A stretch of 51,829 nt of DNA from Gammaproteobacteria bacterium (GTDB taxonomy: Bacteria; Pseudomonadota; Gammaproteobacteria; JABXHR01). The DNA lies in assembly GCA_013373515.1 (NCBI GenBank), contig JABXHR010000006.1:1-51829 (forward strand). Direction: 5' to 3'. The notes under the pieces were generated by a model. It was not told the origin of the DNA, searched no databases, and was given only the letters and a program-made list of their open reading frames with translations. Shown here in pieces: positions 30,907 to 40,566 of this stretch (position 1 is its first letter; every line of letters begins with the position of its first letter). The translations under genes were made by a program, and so were the position numbers.

Positions 30907-31992
30907 TTAGGGTTCAATCACCAAATTGCCAGTATGGGTTTTGGCGATAAATGCTTGTTGTGCAGCGCCCAGCTCCGCCAGCGGATAGGTGGCCGCCAAT
31001 ACGGGTTTGAGCTTGCCTTGTTCGATATAACGCACCACGCGCGGAAAAACATCCACATCGTTGACCGTTGAACCGGTAAAGGTGAGATCGCGCAAGTAGA
31101 AGGTGCGCAAATCCAATTGAACCATCGGCCCGGCAATCGCGCCCGAACAGGTATAGCGACCCCCACGCACCAACAAGTCGATCAGTTTGCCCCAATTGGC
31201 TCCGCCGACCACATCGGCCACCACGGTGATGCGCTCATCGGCCAACAGCGCCTTGAGATTCTCGGCATTGCGATCAATCAAACGATCTGCGCCCAACGCC
31301 AGTACCTCAGCGTGCTTGTGAGATTGGGCAATTCCAATCAACCTTGCCCCGCGCAATTTGGCCAACTGCACCAATGCGCCGCCCACGCCGCCCGAAGCGC
31401 CGGGTATCAGCACAGTATCGTTGTGGTCCACATTGGCGCGGCTCAGCATGCCCTCGGCGGTACAGTAGGAGCAGGAAAACGTGGCAAGCTCGGCATCGCT
31501 ATAGGCCGAGTTGACCTCGGCGACGCAGCGCACATCGGTTTTGGTGTACTCGGCAAAACCACCATCGCACTCCGAGCCAAAGTAGCCCGTTTTGTCAATG
31601 TTGGTCGGGTCGCTCCAATCGCGCAGCCAGCCGTTGGTCATCACGCGCTTGCCAAGCCAAGCCTCTGGCACCCCCTCTCCAACGGCAGCCACATGACCGA
31701 CCACATCCGCGCCTTGAATGCGTGGAAATGAAATGGGTGCGCCACCCCACGTGGGGTCGTCGTCAGAAACCTCGGCATACGCGCCACCGGTAGTGGCCTC
31801 GGTGACGGCTTTGGAATACCAGCCAGAGCGCGTATTGATGTCGGTATTGTTCATCCCGCAGGCCGCCACTTTAATGACCACTTCCATCTCCCCTGCGACC
31901 GGCGTTGGCCAGTCCTCATGCAAGGTGTATTGATCAATATCGCCATGGCCGTGTAGCACCATGGCACGCATTGTGGCGGGAAGAGTACTCAT
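30907..31992 (-). CDS. MDR-family alcohol dehydrogenase/oxidoreductase
   Basis: FPRIQGADVVG, GGFAEY, GASGGVG. Confidence 0.88.
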   Translation of the reverse strand: MSTLPATMRAMVLHGHGDIDQYTLHEDWPTPVAGEMEVVIKVAACGMNNTDINTRSGWYSKAVTEATTGGAYAEVSDDDPTWGGAPISFPRIQGADVVGHVAAVGEGVPEAWLGKRVMTNGWLRDWSDPTNIDKTGYFGSECDGGFAEYTKTDVRCVAEVNSAYSDAELATFSCSYCTAEGMLSRANVDHNDTVLIPGASGGVGGALVQLAKLRGARLIGIAQSHKHAEVLALGADRLIDRNAENLKALLADERITVVADVVGGANWGKLIDLLVRGGRYTCSGAIAGPMVQLDLRTFYLRDLTFTGSTVNDVDVFPRVVRYIEQGKLKPVLAATYPLAELGAAQQAFIAKTHTGNLVIEP

Positions 31993-31994
31993 GA

Positions 31995-34442
31995 TTAATC
32001 ATCGCTCCTTGGCAAGGTGGAGGCAGGGTCATAGGCCGGTTCGCCCAGCACTTTGGCATTGCGGTTTTCGTTCATAATCACCACCTCTAACGCGGTACCG
32101 GGGGCAGCCGCTTCGGGTTTGACATAGGCAAAGGCCAAGCCCTTGCCAACAGTGTGACCATAGACCACCGATGAAGTTGCGCCTACGCGCTCACCGTTCA
32201 TCAGTACCGCCTCGCCACCGTGGCCATCGCTGTCGCCATTGGGCTCAATTTCAAGGTAGACGCAAACCCATTTCAACGGATTCTCGGTGGCGGTCACCGT
32301 CTGTGCTCTGCCGAGAAACTCGCCTTTTTCAAGCTTCACAAAGCGCATCACATCCGCCTCTGGCAAGGTGACTTCGTTGGTCAATTCCCCTGCACCTTTA
32401 AACGCTTTTTCCATGCGCATAACATTCATGGCAAAGGAGCCATAATCGACAATGCCATGCGCCTCTCCGGCGGCCCATAGCGCGTTGTAGATATCGAGCA
32501 TCGCCTCGGCGGGCCCATGGATTTCATAGCCCAATTCACCGGCATAAGACATCCGCAGCACCCAAACAGAATGCCCTGCCACCTCAAGCGCCTGCGCACT
32601 GAGCCAGCGGAAACCGCTATTACTGAGATCTGCATCGGTGCACGCCGCGAGCACCTTACGCGCATTGGGACCATTGAGTGCCAGCGCCGACCAACTTGTG
32701 GACAAACACTCAATCGTCACATTCTCGCCTGTGCGATTGTGGGCCAAATGATCGAGCAAGCGCTGCTCAAAGAACGCCGCGCACACTAGGTAGTAGCGGT
32801 CGTCAGCGAGTTTGACGATGGTGGTTTCCAGTTCAATGCGTCCACGGCGGTTGAGCATATGCGTCAGTGCAATACCGCCGATTTTCTTCGGCAGCTGATT
32901 GGCCACCAAGCGATCGAGCAACGCAGCCGCATCGGGCCCGGAAACCTCTACCTTGGTAAAAGCAGAAATATCCATCACCCCCACCGAACGGCGCACAGCG
33001 GCCACTTCTGCACCGACAATGTCGTGCACAGCATTGCGACGGAAGCTATATTGATCCACCGCCTCAACCCCATCAGGTGCAAACCAGCGTGGCCGCTCAT
33101 GGCCATAGACCTCTTCGTACACCGCGCCCTTGTCCAGCAATCGTTTATACATTGGGCTTGGCTTGATCGGTCGGCCTTGCAAACGATTAAAATGCGGGAA
33201 TGGGATTTCGTGGCGCAAGCAATAGTCTTCTTTGGCTTTAATCACCTGCCAGTCTTTCTCGGCATAGCTGCCAAAACGGCGAGGATCGAATTCGCGCATC
33301 GAGATATCGGCAGAGCCATGCACCATCCACCTCGCCAATTCACGCGATAAACCCGGCCCCCAACCGATACCGATTTGGGTACCACAGCAGCACCAGTAGT
33401 TCTTAACACCGGGCGCCGGACCAATCATCGGGTTGCCATCGGGCGGGTGTGAAATTGCGCCATGCACTTCGCGCTTGATACCGAGCTCGGTCAACACTGG
33501 CATACGATCCATGGCATTCTCTAACCACGGCATGATGCGGTCATAGTCGGCTTCAAATAGTTCGTTTTCAGCTTCCCACGGACACTCGTCTTCCCAGACC
33601 GTATTGGGATTTTCTTTTTCATAAATCCCGATCAAGCCCGACTTCTGCTCCATGCGGATATAGCCCGAAACAAGTTTGTCATCGCGAATGACCGGGAGTT
33701 CCTGATCGAGCTCCAAGAATTCGGGCACTGTATCGGTCACCAAATAGTGATGCGTCATCGAGGTCATCGGCAGCGTCAGTCCACTCCACTCGCCCATCTG
33801 TCTCGCGTAGGTGCCTCCCGCGTTGACCACATGTTCGCAGCGAATATCACCTTGCGGCGTCGACACCACCCAAAACTCATCTTCGGCCTGTTGAATATTG
33901 GTGGCCTGACAACGGCGAATGATGCGTACGCCCAGCTGCCGCGCACCCGTGGCCATGGCTTGGGTAACACCTGATGGATCGACGTGGCCATCATCTGGGG
34001 TGTACAGCGCACCAATCACACCATCGAGGTTATAGAACGGGTGTTTTTCAGCGATCTCCGCCGGTGTGACCAACTGCATTGGAAAGCCCAATGCCTTGCC
34101 AACACTCATGGTGTGGTGCAACCAATCCATTTCATCTTCTGTGTAGGCCAAACGGAAGGAGCCGCAACCGTGCCAAGTCACCGAGTGACCCGTCTCTTCT
34201 TCCAGCGCACCTGAGTACAAGTCGATGTTGTAGCCCACACACTTGCCCAAGCCATAGCTCGACGTGGAATGCGTGATTTGGCCCGCGGCGTGCCATGTGG
34301 AGCCAGAGGTCAATTCGGCCTTTTCCAGCAGCACGACATCAGTCCAGCCCTCATGTGCCAGATGGTAAGCCAACGCGCAGCCCATGACGCCACCGCCGAC
34401 AATGACGACCTTGGCTTGGCTTGGAAAGTCTAGTTGCGACAT
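31995..34442 (-). CDS. GcvT-family FAD-dependent N-methyl dehydrogenase (dimethylglycine/sarcosine dehydrogenase-like)
   Basis: GGGVMG, LTSGSTWHAAG, DGHVDP, ERPRWF, SYAGELGYE, RMEK. Confidence 0.92.
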   Translation of the reverse strand: MSQLDFPSQAKVVIVGGGVMGCALAYHLAHEGWTDVVLLEKAELTSGSTWHAAGQITHSTSSYGLGKCVGYNIDLYSGALEEETGHSVTWHGCGSFRLAYTEDEMDWLHHTMSVGKALGFPMQLVTPAEIAEKHPFYNLDGVIGALYTPDDGHVDPSGVTQAMATGARQLGVRIIRRCQATNIQQAEDEFWVVSTPQGDIRCEHVVNAGGTYARQMGEWSGLTLPMTSMTHHYLVTDTVPEFLELDQELPVIRDDKLVSGYIRMEQKSGLIGIYEKENPNTVWEDECPWEAENELFEADYDRIMPWLENAMDRMPVLTELGIKREVHGAISHPPDGNPMIGPAPGVKNYWCCCGTQIGIGWGPGLSRELARWMVHGSADISMREFDPRRFGSYAEKDWQVIKAKEDYCLRHEIPFPHFNRLQGRPIKPSPMYKRLLDKGAVYEEVYGHERPRWFAPDGVEAVDQYSFRRNAVHDIVGAEVAAVRRSVGVMDISAFTKVEVSGPDAAALLDRLVANQLPKKIGGIALTHMLNRRGRIELETTIVKLADDRYYLVCAAFFEQRLLDHLAHNRTGENVTIECLSTSWSALALNGPNARKVLAACTDADLSNSGFRWLSAQALEVAGHSVWVLRMSYAGELGYEIHGPAEAMLDIYNALWAAGEAHGIVDYGSFAMNVMRMEKAFKGAGELTNEVTLPEADVMRFVKLEKGEFLGRAQTVTATENPLKWVCVYLEIEPNGDSDGHGGEAVLMNGERVGATSSVVYGHTVGKGLAFAYVKPEAAAPGTALEVVIMNENRNAKVLGEPAYDPASTLPRSDD

Positions 34443-34478
34443 TTTTGTTCAGTTCCCGATCTATTATGGTGAAATCTA

Positions 34479-34533
34479 TTGACAGCTTTTGGCACAAACG
34501 TATCTTTGTCAACCATGAAAAACACAAATGTTT
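34479..34533. promoter_or_regulatory. Divergent promoter/operator region
   Basis: TTGACA (34479) and inverted TGTCAA (34507); direct repeat CACAAAYGTWT at 34493 and 34523. Confidence 0.45.
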
Positions 34534-35417
34534 TACAACTACAACGCGATGACGTTTTAGAGCAAATCAGCGCGCAAATCGAACAGTGGACACCGCAAGT
34601 TCAAAAGGCGGCTGCTTATGTTTTGGAAAATGCCGATAACCTTGGCTTAATCACCGTGCGCAACGCCGCAAGTGCCGCAGGTGTCAGCACCTCAACGCTG
34701 ACTCGTCTGGCGCAATTACTGGGCTACGGCAGCTACGACGAGCTACGCGCACCCTTTCGCGAGTATCTTAAGCTCGGCAAAGATGCGTTTCCCGATCGCG
34801 CGCGCTGGCTGCAATCCATCGCGCAAGACAATGCCCACGGTGGCTTGTATGCCGACATGGCGAGTGCCTCGATTGGCAACATCGAAAGCACCTTTGATCA
34901 GGGGCGCGCAGATAGCTTGAAGGCGGCGGCAGATTTAATCGTGGCGGCCAATAAAACATTTGTGTTGGGCGTGGGTGTTAACCACTCATTGGCCACCAAC
35001 TTTGCCTATCTCGCCGATATGGCACTGGGCAACGTCGAGGCCATCCCACGCTTGGGTTCAATGGCCCTAGATGAAGTCGGTCGTCTTAGCAAAGACGATG
35101 TTCTACTCGCCATGACCTTCAAACCCTATCGCCGTGAGGTGGTAGAGGCGGTAGTAGAAGCCAAGCGCTCTGGGGTCACCGTCATCGCAATTTCAGACAG
35201 CCGTGCCTCGCCGATTTTGCGCCAAGCCGATCAGGGCTTTGTGGTCGCCAGCGAGTCGCCGCAGTTTTTTCCATCGACCGTCGCGACGCTTGCACTACTG
35301 GAAACGCTGGTCGCATTTGTGGTCGCTGACGCCGATGACCAAGTGGTCGCCAACATTCAAGCCTTCCATGAACGCAGACATCAGTTGGGCATTTATTTAG
35401 AGGAGTGGGATTCATGA
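34515..35417 (+). CDS. MurR/RpiR family transcriptional regulator
   Basis: HTH region GVSTSTLTRLAQLLGY; SIS domain, AISDS..SP. Confidence 0.9.
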   Translation: MKNTNVLQLQRDDVLEQISAQIEQWTPQVQKAAAYVLENADNLGLITVRNAASAAGVSTSTLTRLAQLLGYGSYDELRAPFREYLKLGKDAFPDRARWLQSIAQDNAHGGLYADMASASIGNIESTFDQGRADSLKAAADLIVAANKTFVLGVGVNHSLATNFAYLADMALGNVEAIPRLGSMALDEVGRLSKDDVLLAMTFKPYRREVVEAVVEAKRSGVTVIAISDSRASPILRQADQGFVVASESPQFFPSTVATLALLETLVAFVVADADDQVVANIQAFHERRHQLGIYLEEWDS

Positions 35418-36532
35418 ACGAGGCCGTGGGACCGGTTAGATCTTTAGAGGCGGCCTATTACACCGATCCTCAGTATTTCGGCCAAGAGCTACTTGGTGTG
35501 TTCAGTCGTTGCTGGCAATACGCCGGACACCGTTCAGCGCTCCAGCAGCCTGGCGATTACTTCGCATTTGAAATTGCACGTCAGCGCTTGTTCTGCGTGT
35601 TGGACGCCGATGGCGAAGTCAAAACCTTCTACAACGTCTGCCAACATCGCGCCCACGAATTGGTCAGCGGCCAAGGCCACGCCAAGCAGTTGGTGTGTCC
35701 CTATCACGCTTGGGCCTATGACTTATCCGGCCAACTGATCACCGGCCCCAATCTCAACGCCGTCCCCGGCCTCGACAAATCCAAAATCTGTCTAAGCTCG
35801 GTGCGCACCGAAGAGTTCTGCGGGTTTATTTTCGTGAATCTCGACCCGGAAGCTGAGCCAATGGATGTCTGGTATCCCGGCGTTCGCGAACAGCTGCGCG
35901 AGTTTGTGCCCCACATCGACAGCTTGCAGCCGATCAAAACCGTGACCATTCCCGAAAAATGCAACTGGAAGGTATCGGTCGAGAACTACAGCGAGTGCTA
36001 TCACTGCAAGATCAACCACCCCACCTTTGCCACCGGAGTCATCAAACCACAAACCTATGACATCCAACCGCAAGGTTACTGCTTGCGTCACACCACCGAA
36101 TGCCAAAACCTAAACCGCATGACCTACCCCATCGATCTCGATTCCAACGAGCACGCGGGGGATTATTCAAGCTGGTTCTTGTGGCCGACCTTTAGCTTTC
36201 AGGTGTATCCCGGCAATGTGCTCAACACCTATCAGTGGCAAGCACATGACCACGAGAACTGCACGGTTTACCGCCACTGGTACACCATTGATGGACAATT
36301 GTCAGACGTGATCGACAAGCTTGCCGATCAAGATCGTGCGACAACGGTAGAGGAAGATATTGGATTGGTGGAAGCCGTGCAGCGCGGCCTAAATAGCAGA
36401 GGCTACGTGCCGGGACCATTGGTGCTAGACCCCAAATACGGCGTCAATTCAGAGCACTCTATCGCAGCGTTGCAGCAGTGGATGCGCGCGGGCACTGATC
36501 TAAACTTTCAGTACCACGCGGTGGAAGACTAA
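35414..36532 (+). CDS. Rieske non-heme iron oxygenase alpha subunit (choline monooxygenase/N-demethylase-like)
   Basis: CQHR..CPYHAW Rieske ligands; [11 protein letters not shown]....H iron site. Confidence 0.92.
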   Translation: MNEAVGPVRSLEAAYYTDPQYFGQELLGVFSRCWQYAGHRSALQQPGDYFAFEIARQRLFCVLDADGEVKTFYNVCQHRAHELVSGQGHAKQLVCPYHAWAYDLSGQLITGPNLNAVPGLDKSKICLSSVRTEEFCGFIFVNLDPEAEPMDVWYPGVREQLREFVPHIDSLQPIKTVTIPEKCNWKVSVENYSECYHCKINHPTFATGVIKPQTYDIQPQGYCLRHTTECQNLNRMTYPIDLDSNEHAGDYSSWFLWPTFSFQVYPGNVLNTYQWQAHDHENCTVYRHWYTIDGQLSDVIDKLADQDRATTVEEDIGLVEAVQRGLNSRGYVPGPLVLDPKYGVNSEHSIAALQQWMRAGTDLNFQYHAVED

Positions 36533-36993
36533 AGGCGCAAACACTCCTTGCGAATCCCCTCTGGAAGGTATTTTGCCATTCTGGAGGGTCGCCATTGCCC
36601 ATTGGCCGCTTGAAAACTACAGCCCGTGTACTGTGCAGTCGCTGGATCTACCACAGCGACCAAGCGACCACCATCGACCGCAGGGTGAATGTTCTGCATA
36701 TGGACCTTAATCGACCAGTTACTATTCTGAAATGGCTTGACGTACTCCACCTTTGACACATATTTCGTTGAGAAATTGGTGTATCCATATTCCGCAGCAA
36801 AATCATCCGGGTGCCCGCCACTGGCCACAAATAACACCGCCTTCTTGCGCGCATCGTCCCAAACGCTAATCGCCTCCACGACTTTGCTTCGCGCCATGTA
36901 GTCCACGTAGGCGGGAAACGCAAAGCTGGCAATGACGCCAATGATGGCAATCACCACCATCAACTCGATCAGTGTGAATCCTTTTTGTTTCAT
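36529..36993 (-). CDS. Type IVa pilin
   Basis: MKQKG|[18 protein letters not shown] class III signal; two C-terminal cysteines; real start ATG 36993. Confidence 0.92.
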   Translation of the reverse strand: MKQKGFTLIELMVVIAIIGVIASFAFPAYVDYMARSKVVEAISVWDDARKKAVLFVASGGHPDDFAAEYGYTNFSTKYVSKVEYVKPFQNSNWSIKVHMQNIHPAVDGGRLVAVVDPATAQYTGCSFQAANGQWRPSRMAKYLPEGIRKECLRL

Positions 36994-37132
36994 AGCTCGG
37001 CTGAATAGTTGTTCACACCTGCTAACGGCAATCGGCACATTATCATTAGCTGCAAATAGTGACGGCAAGCACAAGTTTTCGGCTGCGTTAACCATGAAAA
37101 ACTCTGACGCATATAGGGCGATTTTTGTAAGT

Positions 37133-37400
37133 GCAAAGCGCATTCGTCGAAACGGAGCTTTGACATCCCGCTCAAAGCGAATAGCACAATCTCGACGTGT
37201 GACCGAAATTCCATTTTCGGGAAAGCTGAGCCTAAGCGAATCAAACAAGCAAAGCGCATTCGTCGAGACGGAGCTCGACATCCCACCCAAAACGAATAGC
37301 ACAATCTCGACGTGGGAGCGAAATTCCGTTTTCGGGAATTCTGAGCCTAAACGAAGCAAACAAGCGAAGAGCTTCGTCGAGGCGGAACTCGATGTCCCAC
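37133..37400. repeat. Tandem repeat, ~116-bp unit, about 2.3 copies
   Basis: Units start at 37133, 37249 and 37364; 13 differences between units 1 and 2 by manual alignment; conserved internal hairpins. Confidence 0.92.
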
Positions 37401-37502
37401 AATAACGACGTCTGTCGACACAGGAACGCAACAACCAAAGCACATCAGCCGACGCCCTAGGCTACAATATCGCCCTCAGTTTACGACAGAAGTTGCTTGC
37501 CC

Positions 37503-38657
37503 ATGGAAACCCAAGCCGGTGATCCCGGAGCCTTTCGAGCGTTTGATTTACATCGCGTTCCCAGCCCTTGTTTTGTGGTTGATCGCGCACGGCTCGAACA
37601 AAATTTGCAAATATTGGCCGATGTTAAACAGCGCTCGGGCGCCAAGGTATTACTGGCGCTCAAGGCGTTTTCGATGTGGTCTTTGGCGGATTTGGTGGGC
37701 GAGTACTTGGACGGCACTTGCGCCTCTGGGCTGTGGGAGGCAACGCTTGCCAAGGAGAAATACCACGGTGAGCTGACCACCTTTAGTGCGGCCTACAAGA
37801 CCAGTGAAATCGATGCCATCGCCGAGTTATCGGATCACTTGCTGTTCAATTCGCCCGCACAATTGGCCGCCTATGCTGATCGTGCTGAGAAGCACTGTAG
37901 CCTTGGCCTGCGCATCAACCCCGAGCACTCTGAGGGCGAGGTCGAAAAATACGATCCTTGTGCGCCCTGTTCGCGGTTGGGCACACCTCTTTCACAGTTG
38001 GGTGATTTTGATTGGTCGCAGATTGACGGTATTCATATGCATACGCTCTGCGAGCAAGGGTTCGAGCCACTGGAGCGCACCTTTGCCGCCGTCGAACGTG
38101 CGCTGGGCGGCAAGCTCCATTCGCTGAAGTGGATCAATTTTGGCGGTGGACATCATATTACGCGTGCCGATTATGACCGTGAGGCACTGGTTGAATTTCT
38201 CACGCGTGTACAACACCAGTATGGCGTCCAAGCCTATATCGAGCCAGGTGAAGCCGTCGCGCTCGACACCGGCATTTTAATTGGCGAAATTCTAGATCTG
38301 CCCGAGAACAGCATGTCACTGGCCATCACCGATTTGTCAGCCACCTGCCATATGCCCGATGTGATCGAAGCGCCCTACCGCCCTGCACTGCTGGATGAGC
38401 CGGACGCTGGCCATACTTATCGCCTTGGTGGCCCGAGCTGTCTGGCCGGTGATGTGATTGGCGATTACACCTTCGCAGAGCCGCTAAAGGTGGGTCAACG
38501 CATCGCCTTTTTGGATCAAGCGCATTACTCGATGGTCAAAACCAACACCTTTAACGGCATTGCGCTGCCAAGCATTGCCATTTGGGATTCGGCCACCGAC
38601 GCCCTGACGCTCCAGCGCGAATTTTCCTATTCCGATTTTAGAGACCGCCTGTCATGA
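37503..38657 (+). CDS. nspC: Carboxynorspermidine decarboxylase
   Basis: LLALKAF, GLRINP, YDPCAP.SRLG, HTLCEQ, NFGGGHHIT, HMPD, SCLAGD, HYSMVKT..FNG. Confidence 0.93.
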   Translation: METQAGDPGAFRAFDLHRVPSPCFVVDRARLEQNLQILADVKQRSGAKVLLALKAFSMWSLADLVGEYLDGTCASGLWEATLAKEKYHGELTTFSAAYKTSEIDAIAELSDHLLFNSPAQLAAYADRAEKHCSLGLRINPEHSEGEVEKYDPCAPCSRLGTPLSQLGDFDWSQIDGIHMHTLCEQGFEPLERTFAAVERALGGKLHSLKWINFGGGHHITRADYDREALVEFLTRVQHQYGVQAYIEPGEAVALDTGILIGEILDLPENSMSLAITDLSATCHMPDVIEAPYRPALLDEPDAGHTYRLGGPSCLAGDVIGDYTFAEPLKVGQRIAFLDQAHYSMVKTNTFNGIALPSIAIWDSATDALTLQREFSYSDFRDRLS

Positions 38658-39502
38658 AAATTTTTCTAGACTCCGAACTTAGCAGCAGCGAGCGTAGCGA
38701 AGACGCCAAATTTCACGTGGTGCCCATGCCACTTGAGAAAACAGTTTCCTTTGGCAGCGGCACTCAGCACGGACCAGATGCGATTTTAGAAACCAGCGAT
38801 CAGCTCGAACGTTGGGATGGCACTGATGAGCCATGCAAACACGGTATCTACACCCACCCTGCGATTGACTGCAGCGGCTCGATTGAAGGATCCATCGCCG
38901 CGCTGGAAGCCAAATGTGCAGAAATCGCCCAAGCGGGCAAAATTCCCTGTGTGCTCGGCGGCGAACACAGCCTGAGCTATGGCAGCGTGCGCGGCACCCA
39001 AGCGGCTCACGACGAGCCCGTTGGCATTATTCAAATTGATGCACATGCCGATTTGCGGGTGGATTACCAGGGGCACAAGCACAGCCATGCTTCAGTCATG
39101 CACCTGCTGTGCTCCGAGGGTTTCAAACTCGCGCAATACGGTGTTCGGGCCCTGTGCAAAGAAGAGCAAGACGCACGTGAACCCTACGGTGTGAGCTATA
39201 TCGACGGCGAGGCGCTAGAAGACACAGACATTTCAACGCTGTCCCTGCCCGCAGACTTCCCCAAAAAGGTATTTATCAGTTTTGATGTCGACGGCTTAGA
39301 CCCCTCAATTATGCCCGCGACGGGTACGCCGGTGCCGGGTGGGCTGGGCTTTTACCAGTCGATCAAGCTTTTGAAGCAGCTCTGCCAAGATCGAGAAATT
39401 GTAGGTTTTGACGTGGTCGAGCTCGCGCCGATTGAAGGCGCAGAGGCGTGGGATTTTACCGCCGCACTGTTGGTATATCGCCTGATGGGCTTGGCGGCCT
39501 AA
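38654..39502 (+). CDS. speB: Agmatinase
   Basis: GGEHS, DAHADL, SFDVDGLDPS, TGTPVPGG, DVVELAP. Confidence 0.88.
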   Translation: MKIFLDSELSSSERSEDAKFHVVPMPLEKTVSFGSGTQHGPDAILETSDQLERWDGTDEPCKHGIYTHPAIDCSGSIEGSIAALEAKCAEIAQAGKIPCVLGGEHSLSYGSVRGTQAAHDEPVGIIQIDAHADLRVDYQGHKHSHASVMHLLCSEGFKLAQYGVRALCKEEQDAREPYGVSYIDGEALEDTDISTLSLPADFPKKVFISFDVDGLDPSIMPATGTPVPGGLGFYQSIKLLKQLCQDREIVGFDVVELAPIEGAEAWDFTAALLVYRLMGLAA

Positions 39503-39504
39503 CC

Positions 39505-40539
39505 ATGCAAGCGGCCTTGCTCACAGAGTTCCAGCAGCCAATCCAAATCACCGACGTGGCTGAACCCGTGCTGCCAAAAGATGGTGTGGTGATCAAGGTG
39601 CTCGCCTGCGGCGTCTGTCGCTCGGACCATCACGCTTGGCAAGGCGTTGATCCCGACGTGACCCTGCCGCATATCCCCGGGCACGAATTCAGCGGCGAAG
39701 TCGTGGAAGTTGGTGCAGACGTGCGTCGATTCAAGGTGGGAGACCGCGTCATCGCGCCGTTTATCTTGGCTTGCGGTCACTGTGTGCACTGCGACGCTGG
39801 CGAATCGACGGCTTGCAGTACGCAGGACGTGATCGGCTTTACCCTGCCCGGCGCGTTTGCCGAGTTTATTGCGGTAACACGCGCCGATTTTAATTTGGCA
39901 CATTTACCCGAATCGATCAGCCCGACCGTCGGTGCCAGTCTTGGATGCCGAATGCCAACGGCCTACAGAGCACTCGTCGATCGTGCAACGCTTCGCGCGG
40001 ACGAGTGGCTTTGTATTGTCGGGACCGGCGGAGTGGGTCTTTCTGCGCTCTTGATCGCCAAAGCGCTCAACGCCAAGGTAATCGCCGTGGATATCAGCGA
40101 CAAGGCACTTGAATTTGCAATGTCTCTGGGGGCCGATCATGGTTTGCGCGCCGATGACCCCGATCTGCAAACAAAAATTAAAACCCTCACTGGCGGCGGG
40201 GCCGATGTCGCCATCGATGCGCTCGGCAAGCAGAGCACCATGCTGTGTGCGCTTGCCAGTCTCAGCACGCTCGGACGTTATGTGCAAGTGGGCATGCCCG
40301 CGGGCAAAAGTACTGTGCTTCCGATGCCAATGGACCAAATCTACGCCAAACAGCTGTCATTACATGGCACGCGAGGCATGCCTGCACACCGTTATCCATC
40401 ACTGTTGTCACTGATCGAGAGCTCACAGATGCGGCCCGAACGCTTGGTCACCAAAACCATCGGCCTAGACAAGATCAACGACGCCTTGCAAGCCTTCGAC
40501 CAAAACTTGGGATTTGGTGTCAGCGTGGTCGTTTTCTGA
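39505..40539 (+). CDS. Zinc-dependent alcohol dehydrogenase
   Basis: CRSDHH, GHEFSG, CGHCVHC..C structural zinc site, GTGGVG. Confidence 0.92.
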   Translation: MQAALLTEFQQPIQITDVAEPVLPKDGVVIKVLACGVCRSDHHAWQGVDPDVTLPHIPGHEFSGEVVEVGADVRRFKVGDRVIAPFILACGHCVHCDAGESTACSTQDVIGFTLPGAFAEFIAVTRADFNLAHLPESISPTVGASLGCRMPTAYRALVDRATLRADEWLCIVGTGGVGLSALLIAKALNAKVIAVDISDKALEFAMSLGADHGLRADDPDLQTKIKTLTGGGADVAIDALGKQSTMLCALASLSTLGRYVQVGMPAGKSTVLPMPMDQIYAKQLSLHGTRGMPAHRYPSLLSLIESSQMRPERLVTKTIGLDKINDALQAFDQNLGFGVSVVVF

Positions 40540-40566
40540 GCGCTTAGAAAACGACAGCATCCATCA

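Noticed and set aside
36994-37080. Sigma54 promoter for the pilin
   Set aside because: TTGCA is present but there is no GG at the required spacing
37133-37400. CRISPR array or integron attC sites
   Set aside because: The whole unit is repeated with no unique spacers; no cas or intI genes and no attC core sites seen
36994-37443. 150-aa N-terminal extension of the pilin ORF
   Set aside because: Chance open frame through the repeat; the class III signal defines the start at 36993
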